DNA of 64,000 nucleotides from Albugo candida (Eukaryota): positions 62,001 through 126,000 of the forward strand of contig JBDOQK010000021.1 in assembly GCA_040437565.1 (NCBI GenBank), read 5' to 3'. Made by a program: the position numbers and the translations under genes. Below are positions 13,381-24,892 of the stretch, one piece after another. The notes beneath the pieces were generated by a model, which saw nothing but the letters and a program-made list of their open reading frames with translations, was not told the DNA's origin and ran no database searches. Each line of letters begins with the position of its first letter. Within the stretch, counting starts at the first letter, position 1.

Positions 13381-15122
13381 CGCAACAATTTGCGCATCAT
13401 TCAAGTACACCTGTTCCAAGCAACTGGACACTGACTGGTATGGAAATTGTGAAGAACATCTTACCCACGTTTGGACCATTCAAGCGGCTTGATGTTTTAA
13501 CGATATGACCTCGCCGGCATGCTACCATGGTTCGTTGGAAAGTAACGTCATCGTAGTGGAAGCAGACGTGCGTCTGGTGGAGTCAGAGTACGTGGGAGCT
13601 CACACCCCAGACCTTGCCTTCGTAGGGCAATACATCGATCTGTTGAAGGCTCCTGTCTGGCTGCAGGTGGATTCTCATCTTCACGGAAACGTTCTACTAG
13701 TGCTGTTGCTCATCGTCAATGTATGGGAATGGTCCCGGAACCTGCCCGTACTTTTAGGATGCAGTTCGCTCAAGCGTTCCGTATCCGTTCTCTACGTGAT
13801 TTGGTCGGTGGAAGATCAACTTGGTTCGTTTCGTCTTCCGAGTTTGTCTTGCGTTTCAGTACGCATACAATTAAAAACTCAGCGGAAGTTGCCGAGACAA
13901 AGCTTTTACGGCGTTTGTACGTCGAAGCTAGTCAAATTCTTCGTCGAATTCAACCGTAGGGGAGGGAGCTTTGTTGTGTTCAAAGCGTACCATTTCCATG
14001 GATTACCCGGCTCAGTTTGGCATTCTAGTTTCAGATAAGTAGATGTTCTTTACAAATATTCCTCGTAATCAACACTTTCGAGTTGTTGGTAAAGCTGAAC
14101 CACCGGATATGCCTGACCCACTGCTGCTGCACATACCAGAGAGAGACCGGCCAAGTGCTTCGACTTGGGTGAAGGATTTCTCAACGGGTTTTAAACGTCT
14201 TCGCGGACGTTTATTACCAATATACTCGGACATTCAGCTCCGACTTACATANNNNNNNNNNNNNNNNNNNNNNNNNNNNNNNNNNNNNNNNNNNNNNNNN
14301 NNNNNNNNNNNNNNNNNNNNNNNNNNNNNNNNNNNNNNNNNNNNNNNNNNNCCCACTGCTGCTGCACATACCAGAGAGAGACCGGCCAAGTGCTTCGACT
14401 TGGGTGAAGGATTTCTCAACGGGTTTTAAACGTCTTCGCGGACGTTTATTATTAATATACTCGGACATTCAGCTCCGACTTACATACTTAATTTTACCAG
14501 TGCGATACCGGTTCTGGTTTCTGAAGCAAGCTCATCCGGAAATCATCCTGTGCACACAGTAGCATTGTGGTGACGTGGAAAGCTTTCAGCATCTGTGTTT
14601 CGACTGTGGTAGGGCATACCCGATTTTGGAGGAGCTATTTCCTTCGTGGACAGCATTCTTTTCAGGTCGACCTTAGTGGACTCACACTGCGTGTCTACGA
14701 CTTCCTCTCCTCCGGGACAGATGGAAGTCATTCAGGATGGTGTTGGAAGATCTTTGGTTTGCATCGAATGCCATTGCGACTTCATCTGGACGGATCGGAA
14801 TAGAAGCTTTTTTGACCAAGCATCTTCAACACCAACATGACCATCTATTTTGGTGATCTTTCGGTGATCTACAGCACATTCAGCGCCCATAATCAGTTTT
14901 GTGAATATTTTTTCGGGAGATCAGATCATCTCAAGATACGATGACGTCAGCGCTCATAATTCTGAGTTGAGTAATTAATCTACTCAACCGTCTTCAACCG
15001 CGCCAAGTCCACTTTTTGTGACTTTTCAAGCCACATCTGCATGTATTACATGTTATTTAGTGTAGTCTAGGCATTTAGAGAATTCATTTACGTCTAATTC
15101 TAGTAATATAGACAACTTCAAC
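13381..15122 (+). mobile_element. L1/Tx1-type LINE, 3' part (ORF2 C-terminus plus 3' tail), decayed
   Basis: GMVPEPARTFRMQFAQAFRIRSLRDL and RLLPIYSDIQLRLT..ILPVRYRFWFLK align with GMVDEPHRTFRKSFSTVFEIRSLQDF and RVLPTFGDLKFRLACRLLPVRSRFLFLK at 17.4-18.1 kb. It ends in the conserved tail GTCTAATTCTAGTAATATAGACAACTTCAAC. Confidence 0.8.
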
Positions 15123-15136
15123 TGAGCTACCGAGGC

Positions 15137-15456
15137 GGACCCCGTCGGGGGGCTTAGCGGATAGTACACATGTGTTCCGACCGTGTGTACCCCGGTTTGA
15201 ATCCCGGCGGTGGCAAAAGGGCTGCGTTGGGGCCCCTCGGCGGAGGCAAGGATTCCTCCACGTAAATATCAACCTACTCAATGAAGATGTGGACGTGTCA
15301 AGACCGCTGGCAACTACACCAAATAATAACTGTACAGGAGTTGGACCGGGCTCTTTAAAGCCTTACATGCTAGTGATTAGAATAGAGTAGATAACCACCA
15401 AACAGTAGTAACAGAATGGTGTCTAAATAAAAGTACTACGGGCGAACACCCTTAAC
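15137..15456 (+). mobile_element. tRNA-derived SINE family B, full length (320 bp)
   Basis: A-box-like GGCTTAGCGG and B-box GGTTTGAATCC (15194-15204) in a tRNA-like head ending CGGTGGCA. Second copy at 50036-50206. 14-bp TSD TGAGCTACCGAGGC at 15123-15136 and 15457-15470. LINE-like 3' end. Confidence 0.85.
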
Positions 15457-15470
15457 TGAGCTACCGAGGC

Positions 15471-18400
15471 ACTTCTAAATTATCCGGCTACTACGTAACC
15501 GGCCAATTTGATACAAAACACCTCGAAAACTACCTTTTTCAACTCGAAAACAGGTCGACATATCGACACAGCCCAGGGTGCTAACGTCGACTTGTAGTGA
15601 CGTGGCAGCCCTCATGAGTCACCCAGCTTTTGGTGGTTGCATGATTGTTGGGGAGTCATCACCCCTGTGTGACGGCGTGAAAAGTACCCCCACCGCCAGT
15701 GTAACGAGTACAGGGAAATACCGGTAGTACCAGTGTCGGATGTAGTACCGACGGTACGTGCGGTACTGTCATTTTCTTGTCACAGGGTCACCAAAAGGCA
15801 ACTGCAAGTGTGACGACACTAAAAGTCCCACTTTGGCAGACATTATCAAGTTACAGGAGTCCTTGCGTAAGGACCAGGCTCGAGCTCGGGCGAAATTTCG
15901 CGTGGAGCTCCCTAAGCCGAAAGCCTCGGATATCGAGGCTACAATGCAGCTATGTGCTGATGGTGAGCACCCGGATTGGTCTGTTTTGTCTGCGAAATTG
16001 GAAGCAGAAAGACCTTTCCAAATCCGGAACGCAACCTTTTCAATAGTCTTGGAGACGGGCCAGTCCTTGACACGTACTCCAAATGGGAAACTTCTTACAT
16101 CCCTGATGCGAGACCACGGCAACAAGGACTTTGAAAGCCTACTGAAGAGCCGGCCAATCGGTCAGGGATCCAAAATGCGTGGGGGCAACATCAGGGTGAT
16201 GGTCACTACGGCGGATGCCTGCCAACAATTGGAGTGCCAGCCAGCGACTATCCTGGGGAACAATTTTTTTTCGGGAGTTTGATACTCTTGTCACAAAATA
16301 CTACCTCCATGTTTTCGGCGTAGACGTGGAGGAGGAGCGGAAAATCATTTTTTGCGCTCTTCACCATCTCCGATGTCAAGTGCTGTATGAACCTTTCGCG
16401 AGACGGTTCCCACTAAAGAATTGGTGATGTCGACATGGAGAGTTTACTTTGGCTGTTCGACGTGTCCCCAACAAATGGATAGAGTTGAATAAATCACTTG
16501 CGACAAACAACTTTACCCAGTAAGGTGAAAACAGGCTCCCCATTTCATCGGAACGACCACGTTTCAGTCAACGTGGTCCTTATTGCTTGGAATTGGGTGC
16601 TGCACCAGCCACAGGAGCACGGCAAAAAAACCAAAACAAACAATATCAAACACCAAAGAAAAACGCAGCCTCCAACTCAGCACCAAAACCAGCAAAAACA
16701 TGAACATCAACAAAACAAACCACCGAGTAAAATGCACTCGTGATGTACCACAAGCGGTAGTGAAGCCAATTCCAACTCAAGAATTGAAGAAGAGGAAACC
16801 TGAACTGAAGCTCTCTAATCAAATTTCGTTGGAGCTCAATACTCCCCAACTATCACACCACCAGGGGCACCAGATTTATTACAGCCCTCTTCTCCCATCC
16901 TCCAACTGGCAACTCAATCGTACTCCCAACCACGGGTGTAGCGGGATGGGGATGNNNNNNNNNNNNNNNNNNNNNNNNNNNNNNNNNNNNNNNNNNNNNN
17001 NNNNNNNNNNNNNNNNNNNNNNNNNNNNNNNNNNNNNNNNNNNNNNNNNNNNNNCCTTCGGCGACAAGATGGTGGACTACAAGTTCCTTTTTTGGTGGGA
17101 CGACTAAAGCTACAACGTATCCAATTCCTTCAGCAGTTTGCAAACGATGCGTCAACAATTATTCCTGCGAATTGGACAGCTGCCTCGACGGAAGTATTAC
17201 AACTTATCCAACCTTCCTTTGGACGACACAAGCCGATAAAAATATTTACTATCGCACCAAATCGACATGGAAAAATGGTTCAATGGGAGAGTATATCGTC
17301 ATGGTGGACACACGCATTCAAAATGTGGCATCAGATGGATTGAAGTATTACAAGTTCAGATTTGCATGTTTCACAGCGCCGTCAGTACTACATGGAACAA
17401 CCGATGTGGTTTCACTGCGACCAAAAGTTACATTTCAAAGCTGTTACTCGTAATCCGAGTACGCAAAACGTTTGGTACACTCTTGGTATGGTGGACGAAC
17501 CACATCGAACATTCCGGAAATCATTCTCTACGGTTTTCGAGATTCGCAGTCTACAAGACTTTTTTCGAGAAAGTGAAACATGGCCAACGAAGATGGATTT
17601 GGTCGCCAATAATTAGAACGACGAAGAGATGAACTAAGCGGATATGACTGAAGAAAATTTATTGAGTCGACTGTACAGTGAAGTCACTCAGGTACTTCAG
17701 CGTATCCACTCGACGATGGATCTCATCAGTTGGATCCAACGAGACACAAGTGGCAGATCCTAATATGTGGGAGTACAAATCAAGGAGAGGAAACATCATT
17801 TTTCATCTATGCCTCGCTCGAAACTCTCACAAATCGTCTGGAAACCTCCCGAACCAACCAAGAGTTATTCGATGTTGACATATTGGTCATCAAGGTAGAG
17901 ATCGGACGCACTGGATTCGGAACGAGTTGGAACTTTTATGCAACATCACGACATCGTCGGAAACGAGTATTACCCACTTTTGGAGATTTAAAGTTTCGTC
18001 TGGCCTGTCGGTTGTTGCCAGTTCGATCTCGTTTCTTGTTTTTGAAGAATATGCAGCCCGACATCATATTGTGCACGCAGCCTTCGTGTGGGGCAGTGCA
18101 GTACGATCAACCTCTCTTTTTAAAGAGCCATCACATGGCACAATTATGGAGGGATTTACTACCTAATTGGGCTCATTTTATATCCTCTTTAACAAGTTGG
18201 CCACGTATTGCATTTGCAATTGTTCCATATACGGCCGATATGGAAGGACTATCAGCAAATCATATCAGATTCATGGCTTGCATTGAAAGCGGTGACGCTG
18301 CACTTCGTCTGTACCGATAGCAATCGTCGTATGTTCGATCAGCGATCGGGAACTTCAACCATTCCAGCACTTTCCGTTATCTATCCCACATTTAGTGCGC

Positions 18401-18500
18401 GCATTCGGTAGTATCGAAGACAGTGTTACGACCAAGATGACTGCATTTGTCTTGTTTAAGTGTTAGATCAGCTCGCAACTCAAGGATCATTCGTAGACGC
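15471..18500 (+). mobile_element. L1/Tx1-type LINE: 5' UTR, frameshifted ORF1 (~15758-16950), gap, ORF2 C-terminus (17055-~18480)
   Basis: Starts immediately after the TSD. ORF1-like frames 15758-16282 and 16215-16427. The post-RT region has WWTHAFKMW, RLACRLLPVRSR and a Cys motif (LCTQPSCG). Multiple stops and frameshifts; EN/RT presumably lies in the gap. Confidence 0.75.
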
Positions 18501-19160
18501 TAATATATTTTTCCTTCTAACGTCGTGGCTAGCAAACATGTTGCTAGAGCCAAAAAAGCAGCCCATTTATTTCGAGAAAAAACACACGCGCATCGAGGAA
18601 GGTGATTGTTCAGCGCGTGTCGATGAAGCAGTGTATACTCTTATTGACGATTTTAGAACGGCAATAGACCTAATCAAAGTCAACAAAGTCGTACAAGAAG
18701 AACGTTCACGTACCGAAGGCTGAAAAGCATGTTAGCTTCCGCTATCATGACAATGGCTTAGTTCAATGCACCTTGTACCATGCGATAGCACTTCAAGGAG
18801 TGCTCAAACGATAAATGCGGTACAGTAGTTATAAGATTGGTGGTCTTTCACACTATCAATCGTGTTCTTTAGGCCTTAGACACGCTTCGGACACCACATT
18901 CGTCTAGATGTGGTATAAAATAATCGTTGAAAAGAATTCAGTAAAGCGACAGGACTAAATTTAGTCGGCGGTACACTGATAGAAAGTTTCACCACCACCT
19001 GAGTTATGCAGTCGAGCGACACAATCACTCGCATTTTTCGAGCTGATGTTAATTTGACAANNNNNNNNNNNNNNNNNNNNNNNNNNNNNNNNNNNNNNNN
19101 NNNNNNNNNNNNNNNNNNNNNNNNNNNNNNNNNNNNNNNNNNNNNNNNNNNNNNNNNNNN

Positions 19161-19602
19161 TGATGTTTGGAAACCCTTTACACTGGTAATTGAGGATATT
19201 CGGTTAACGTTAGTCGCGGTTGCGATCCATATTGTTTGGACGGTTCGAAAACGAAGACTTTTCGATCAAGGCGTTTCGGTGCCTACTACCCTTGCTGTTT
19301 TGGTGTCTTGTAGCACACTGAATGCCCATATCCGATACTTTACTGTCATATTAAGAACAAATACTAGTTGAATGTGAAGCTATCTCTTTGCTACGCCCAA
19401 TCTATTTCAGCTTCGACGACGTTTAAGATTCTTAATCGGTGCTGAGTAACATGTCCACTCAGTACTACTTATTTCCTGTTCGCTGAACTTCGGTATGGAT
19501 TTTTCTACATCAACCTTGCATGAATGCGTTGTTTATTTTATCTTAGCTTAGTCATTTGGGAAAGAGGTGGCGTCTAATTTTAGTAATATGATCAACTTCA
19601 AC
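19161..19602 (+). mobile_element. LINE 3' end fragment (same group)
   Basis: AVAIHIVWTVRKRRLFDQ...STLNAHIR aligns with TLHFVCTDSNRRMFDQ...TFSARIR. The tail CGTCTAATTTTAGTAATATGATCAACTTCAAC is followed by TGGGCC. Confidence 0.75.
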
Positions 19603-19745
19603 TGGGCCTTGCGAGTACTTCTCAATTGACGAGCTATTATAAATTTGAAAAGATGGCATAGCTTAGAAGTATTATGCAAACCCAAGCAACTGTTTACTCT
19701 TCCTGTCGAAAAAAATGGTTCCAACCTGCATATCAAGCCTACATA

Positions 19746-19902
19746 TCCTTACACTGACAGAGTCCTCGTGTCTCTGTAGTATGTAAGGTATTGACACGAC
19801 GTCTGCGGAAAGTGCACCAGTCATGCTCCTTACGTTGACAGAGACCTCGTGTCTGCGTAGTATGTAAGGTATTGACACGTCGTGTGCGGAAAGTGCACCA
19901 GT
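19746..19902. repeat. Tandem duplication, ~81-bp unit x2
   Basis: GTAGTATGTAAGGTATTGACACG...GCGGAAAGTGCACCAGT occurs at 19776 and 19857. Confidence 0.85.
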
Positions 19903-21127
19903 TGTCCACCTATATCGAGCGTCTCTTTTCCGATCAAAGCAAGATGGCTACAATTTGGACATCGGTAAATTCTGCTACTGTCAGTTTTTACTCTTCAACC
20001 AGAATTGGCGCATTTTTTCTGTTCAAAGATGCTTTCGCTCCCTTGTGTATGGATTCTGTTGATAGTAATGGTTAAATCCTTGAGATCTGATAGGTCAGGA
20101 TTACAATTGAGGCCATCTGAACTCGTCACAATTGCAGACATTTTTGCTAAGCAAAATCGATATCTTGGGGCAGGTAAGGAGAAACATAATACACAAAATC
20201 AATTTACACATCAACAACGCAGCCAACATTTACAACATTCTTCGCCCCGCGGGCTGCAAGATGTTTTCCCTGATCAAAGCTGAGGCTATAGAGAAGTAAG
20301 CTTCAGAATCGCCTTTGCAAGTGTGACAAGATGGCGAGTGCGCTGGAACACACGCGGGGTAGTTCATTTCCAGGTATTTGTGGAAGGAAATACAGCATCA
20401 GGAATTTACACGACGATGTGAAAAGATAAAATGCCACGTGGCGTATGTGAAAGCCTGCACCTGCAAATTTCTTGTTTTACGAACCTGCAAAAGCTTCCTT
20501 GGCTTCCAAATAGTTTTTTGGTAACCTTGTAACCAAAAATAAAATAAAAGTATGACACGATCACTTCGAACTTTGAAAAGCTGACTCAATGTCTTTTTAC
20601 ATTGTCTTTATTTATCCACGTAAAATAGTTTTTTTTTATGTGTGTTCTCACTGATGTTCATGCATTGCCATCATACAAATACATATATTTTTCTTGTCCA
20701 GCTCGAACTGTTTTCACAATATAACCGCGCATTGCGCATCACCCATAATCACATGGTTTGTTCGAATTTATGCCAGTATGATATCTATGACAAGTTGATA
20801 GGACAAGAATGAATCAGGCTAAAACCCAGCTTCGATCACGCAAGTAAGACCAAATTAGGACATGAAGAGGCAAAGGATTAAACGAAATCGATACAAATAA
20901 GCGCTCGTAAAAGTGATGTGGTTGTCCTTTCCATAAATTGATACCTGAAAGCCCAGAACAACATACTTCAGCTTTACCGTCATGCTCACTAAATGCCCAG
21001 TGAGACCAATTTGTATAATCAAGGACTATTCGGATTGGTGGATAATGAGATCATTATATAGTAGTATTTCATTGGAGGATAATCATCACGTACTGGCTTG
21101 TTTGTGGTGCTCGCTGCTCCATCAAAA

Positions 21128-22115
21128 ATGATCATGTCAAATGTGGGTCGAATAGTAATTGCTTCAAGCTTGTATGCGATTAGCCATACGGCAGGGTACA
21201 GCTTTATCAAGATCGAAGCTCAATTCACAAGCACGAATTCAGACCTCTATACATGTCACACCTGTCTATTGCAAGAAGTCGGTGCCACACGATTGGTGTT
21301 GACGCATATTCGTAAAGAATGTCAAGGGCGAAGATGTAAAGCATTTCATATGTTTTCGGTCGCTGCATCCGAATTTTTTTATGCTAATGTTGTGAGTTTC
21401 TGCGCNNNNNNNNNNNNNNNNNNNNNNNNNNNNNNNNNNNNNNNNNNNNNNNNNNNNNNNNNNNNNNNNNNNNNNNNNNNNNNNNNNNNNNNNNNNNNNN
21501 NNNNNTCCTGACTTCATAATAATTCATACCGCTACGGCTTGCCTACAGCAGCAAATTCATTGTGTGATTCTGGTGTAAGTCCGGTGATGCAATATGAATT
21601 GTAGTGAAAATGGATTGAACTCAGTTTCAGCAAAAATGCGAGACTGGATGAGAGCAATAGAGTGTCTTGACAAAATGGACTCGATGCATAGACGACTATA
21701 ATCTAGTCATTTCTAGCACTCACCGTAAATGCTGATGCGCCGCCTGTTTGCCAGCTTCCGATGCTTTAGAGAAAATGCGGAAAAAGCTCCAGCTAATAGA
21801 TTATATTTGTGAAGCACTTCTCCATGTAACCGTAGTAAAACTTTTAGCTTCCTCAACACGCCCGCCTCCGATCGGTATAGTGAGAGCATCATTTCGGTTG
21901 CGATGCTCACCAATGATGAGTTCAAATACAGATCTCGCTACGTAGGTGATGAAAAGTATTCCATGATCAATACTGTTGTCAACGCGTGTAGTGAACATAA
22001 GTATCAAAATCAATTCAAGCAGGAGCTCCAAGACATAGCAAATTACGATTCATGCAAAGAAGCACACGAATTGGAACGAAGAAGTGCAATCATAGCGAAG
22101 CGGGAGGTGCAATAG
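21128..22115 (+). CDS. Secreted CHxC/CCG-class effector candidate; gap-interrupted, 3' part appears disrupted
   Basis: Signal-peptide-like N-terminus M(I)MSNVGRIVIASSLYAISHTAG, then CHTCLLQEVG (21254-21283), which fits both CHxC and CxxCxxxxxG about 20 aa after the putative cleavage site. Further Cys residues follow. After the gap only short ORFs remain. Confidence 0.7.
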
Positions 22116-22154
22116 CTTAGGTGTGTCCAGTTCTCGGTTGACTCGACAATCAAG

Positions 22155-22986
22155 TTGAACATTGACATCTTTTTTTCACGTCCAGGACTCAGTCAACTTT
22201 ACATTGTGAGACATTTTTCTACAATGAGTATTTTATCTTTCTTGGTATGAAAGTGCAAAAGACATTAACAAATTTAGTCTTCTTGGATCAGCCGATCGCA
22301 AAACCACGGTCAGGCTGACCTCGAGGTCGATACGATAGCAGAGATCGCATGGCGACTGATTTGATACTGAAAAGAAACGTCCTACCATTCTTGTCGAAAA
22401 AGTAGTAAGCATTCTCTTTGTCTTACGCAGGCTCTAATAATTGCCTCAACCTTTGTTACTTCGAGAGAATTAGGTGAAAACTGAAATGAAATCGAAGCTG
22501 ATGGTCATTGAAGAAACGTCNNNNNNNNNNNNNNNNNNNNNNNNNNNNNNNNNNNNNNNNNNNNNNNNNNNNNNNNNNNNNNNNNNNNNNNNNNNNNNNN
22601 NNNNNNNNNNNNNNNNNNNNTTGAACATTGACATCTTTTTTTCACGTCCAGGACTCAGTCAACTTTACATTGTGAGACATTTTTCTACAATGAGTATTTT
22701 ATCTTTCTTGGTATGAAAGTGCAAAAGACATTAACAAATTTAGTCTTCTTGGATCAGCCGATCGCAAAACCACGGTCAGGCTGACCTCGAGGTCGATACG
22801 ATAGCAGAGATCGCATGGCGACTGATTTGATACTGAAAAGAAACGTCCTACCATTCTTGTCGAAAAAGTAGTAAGCATTCTCTTTGTCTTACGCAGGCTC
22901 TAATAATTGCCTCAACCTTTGTTACTTCGAGAGAATTAGGTGAAAACTGAAATGAAATCGAAGCTGATGGTCATTGAAGAAACGTC
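22155..22986. repeat. Gap-flanking duplication (22155-22520 vs 22621-22986)
   Basis: Apparently identical sequence on both sides of the N gap. Confidence 0.85.
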
Positions 22987-24892
22987 TTTTTGATTTCGCA
23001 ATAGCCAATTTTATTGGAACAGGCTTAAGGACGAAGTGGTCGATCCAGGAAAGTGGAATATTTTAACAACGTGATACTTCATTGCTTTTATCACCTAATT
23101 TACTGACTATAAAAATTTTGAGATAAGATTCATCGTAGGAGCGCTTTTTGTGCATTCGTGTCTTATCAGGCGATATTTAATACATTCTAGGAAAAAGCCT
23201 TTGCAAGATTGAACTGATTCAAACCCACCGACATAATCATATGCTTTGTTTCCAAACCCAATTGAATTTTCCATTTTATTTCGCAATCCCGCTTTCACTT
23301 CTCATTCCCTAAATTAATATTTCTCATGATGATCTGCATTCTACCACGTGGTCGCATTCTGGTCGAAACATTCCAGTAGACATACCAAATTGGAGTACTC
23401 CAATGTCTCAGAAAAGTATCTTACGAAGCATGAGTGCCATATCACTAACAGATCTTGTCATTCTTGATGCCTCATGTCGCCTGGACTTGCACGGTAAGGC
23501 TGACACCAAGAATTTATGCATACCAATGTAGCATGGGTTTGATGTCGTCGTCTTCGAAAGGACAGCATTCACTATCGTGAGCTGAAAGTTTTCTTATCAC
23601 AAGGCTTGCAAGCGACACAGTATACAGATAGTAGCACTTTCTCCCATGAGTACAGGAGCGATACCGTCCAGACAGGATGCTCTATCGATTATCGATTGCT
23701 TCGGTAATTGAGCAAATTAGTACCCCTCATCACATAGAGACCACCTCACTTAATCTGGAATGTCTTTATCCGTGCATTGTCGTTTAGCCCGTGGCCATCC
23801 TCTCCTTTCTACTCCCAGATTGTTTGATTCCGGTATTATCATCAGATAAAGTGATACCTGAATAAGATACTTTTGTCTTGCAATCAAAAAAAGGAATAAA
23901 GATGCACTCCGACTGAAAAGTGACATGAAGATCAAGTTTGGTAGCTTATATTGTGATCGGCTATCCAATTCAAGTCCAAGTAGCCAAAAAATGGACAGCA
24001 ACATCCCTTTCTAGTTGCATGGAATAGAGACTTTGTTATCTTTGTGATTTACGTATTGAAGTAGTGCTTGAAATCAATTATGGAATTTAGTAGTATCCAT
24101 ATCACATAGTATTACTCATGCAATAACCTTTTGTCGTCGTATGCGCAATTTCCATATTCTTGATGTGGTGATTATTGCAGCTATGGCTTCGCTGCTCTAC
24201 CCAGACGTACCGAGTCATGTAAATTAAATGGCGCAAGTGCACTCGTTAAGTAGTATTAAATTTCTGTAATCGAACAGCGACTTTTAGCTCCTTTGACTTT
24301 TGCTCCCCTTTAGCTGCATTTGTTGCTCAACTGGAGCCTAGCCTTCGATGATGATGTGATATATTTGCAATTACCACTCTAATTCATGTACTTCTTCCTC
24401 AACAGGTCTGATCTGTGCTATTGAGCATGGTTGTATTTTTTGTAGTCGCCCATTCGAATAGATTTTACTGATTAGAGTCTACCATGACTTGCCGCTACAT
24501 CATTTCATTCTGTACTGATTTCAGTAGCAACAAATTTCATTATCCGCAAAGCTAAAAAGTATGCGATTTTTGACCTCATTTATACAGACAAAGAAAGGTC
24601 TTGAATTTTCGCTCTTGTAACAGGTTGACAGTGCTCCTAATCAAAACAAAATGTGTCAAATATCTTGTACGTCAATTTTTTCTGAACAAACTTGATATCA
24701 ATAGGGAAGAGAATCGACGAAGGCGCATCAAAATGCACGCAAAAGGCCGGAATTCCATAACCATTCTCCATAGAAAAAAGGAGGGCAGTTGCGGCACCTC
24801 CTTCCACTTGCACTCGCGCGCAGCAAAACAACATCTATTTATATGGAAGTCTTCTATAAATAAAGAATAGTGCTCCAGAAGAATGCATTGGA

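Noticed and set aside
13420-13530. Minus-strand CRRGHIVKTSSRLNGPNVGKMFF resembling a GRF zinc finger
   Set aside because: The plus strand aligns colinearly with LINE ORF2 at 17.1-17.3 kb (QQFAHHSSTPVPSNW vs QQFANDASTIIPANW), so the antisense match is coincidental.
15137-15215. Functional tRNA genes at 15137, 49950, 50036 and 50307
   Set aside because: The cloverleaves are imperfect and similarity between copies extends 100-200 bp past the tRNA part, which indicates SINE heads.
15120-15470. CRISPR-like repeat-spacer unit
   Set aside because: There are only two 14-17 bp repeats, they flank a SINE, and the context is eukaryotic with no cas genes. They are TSDs.
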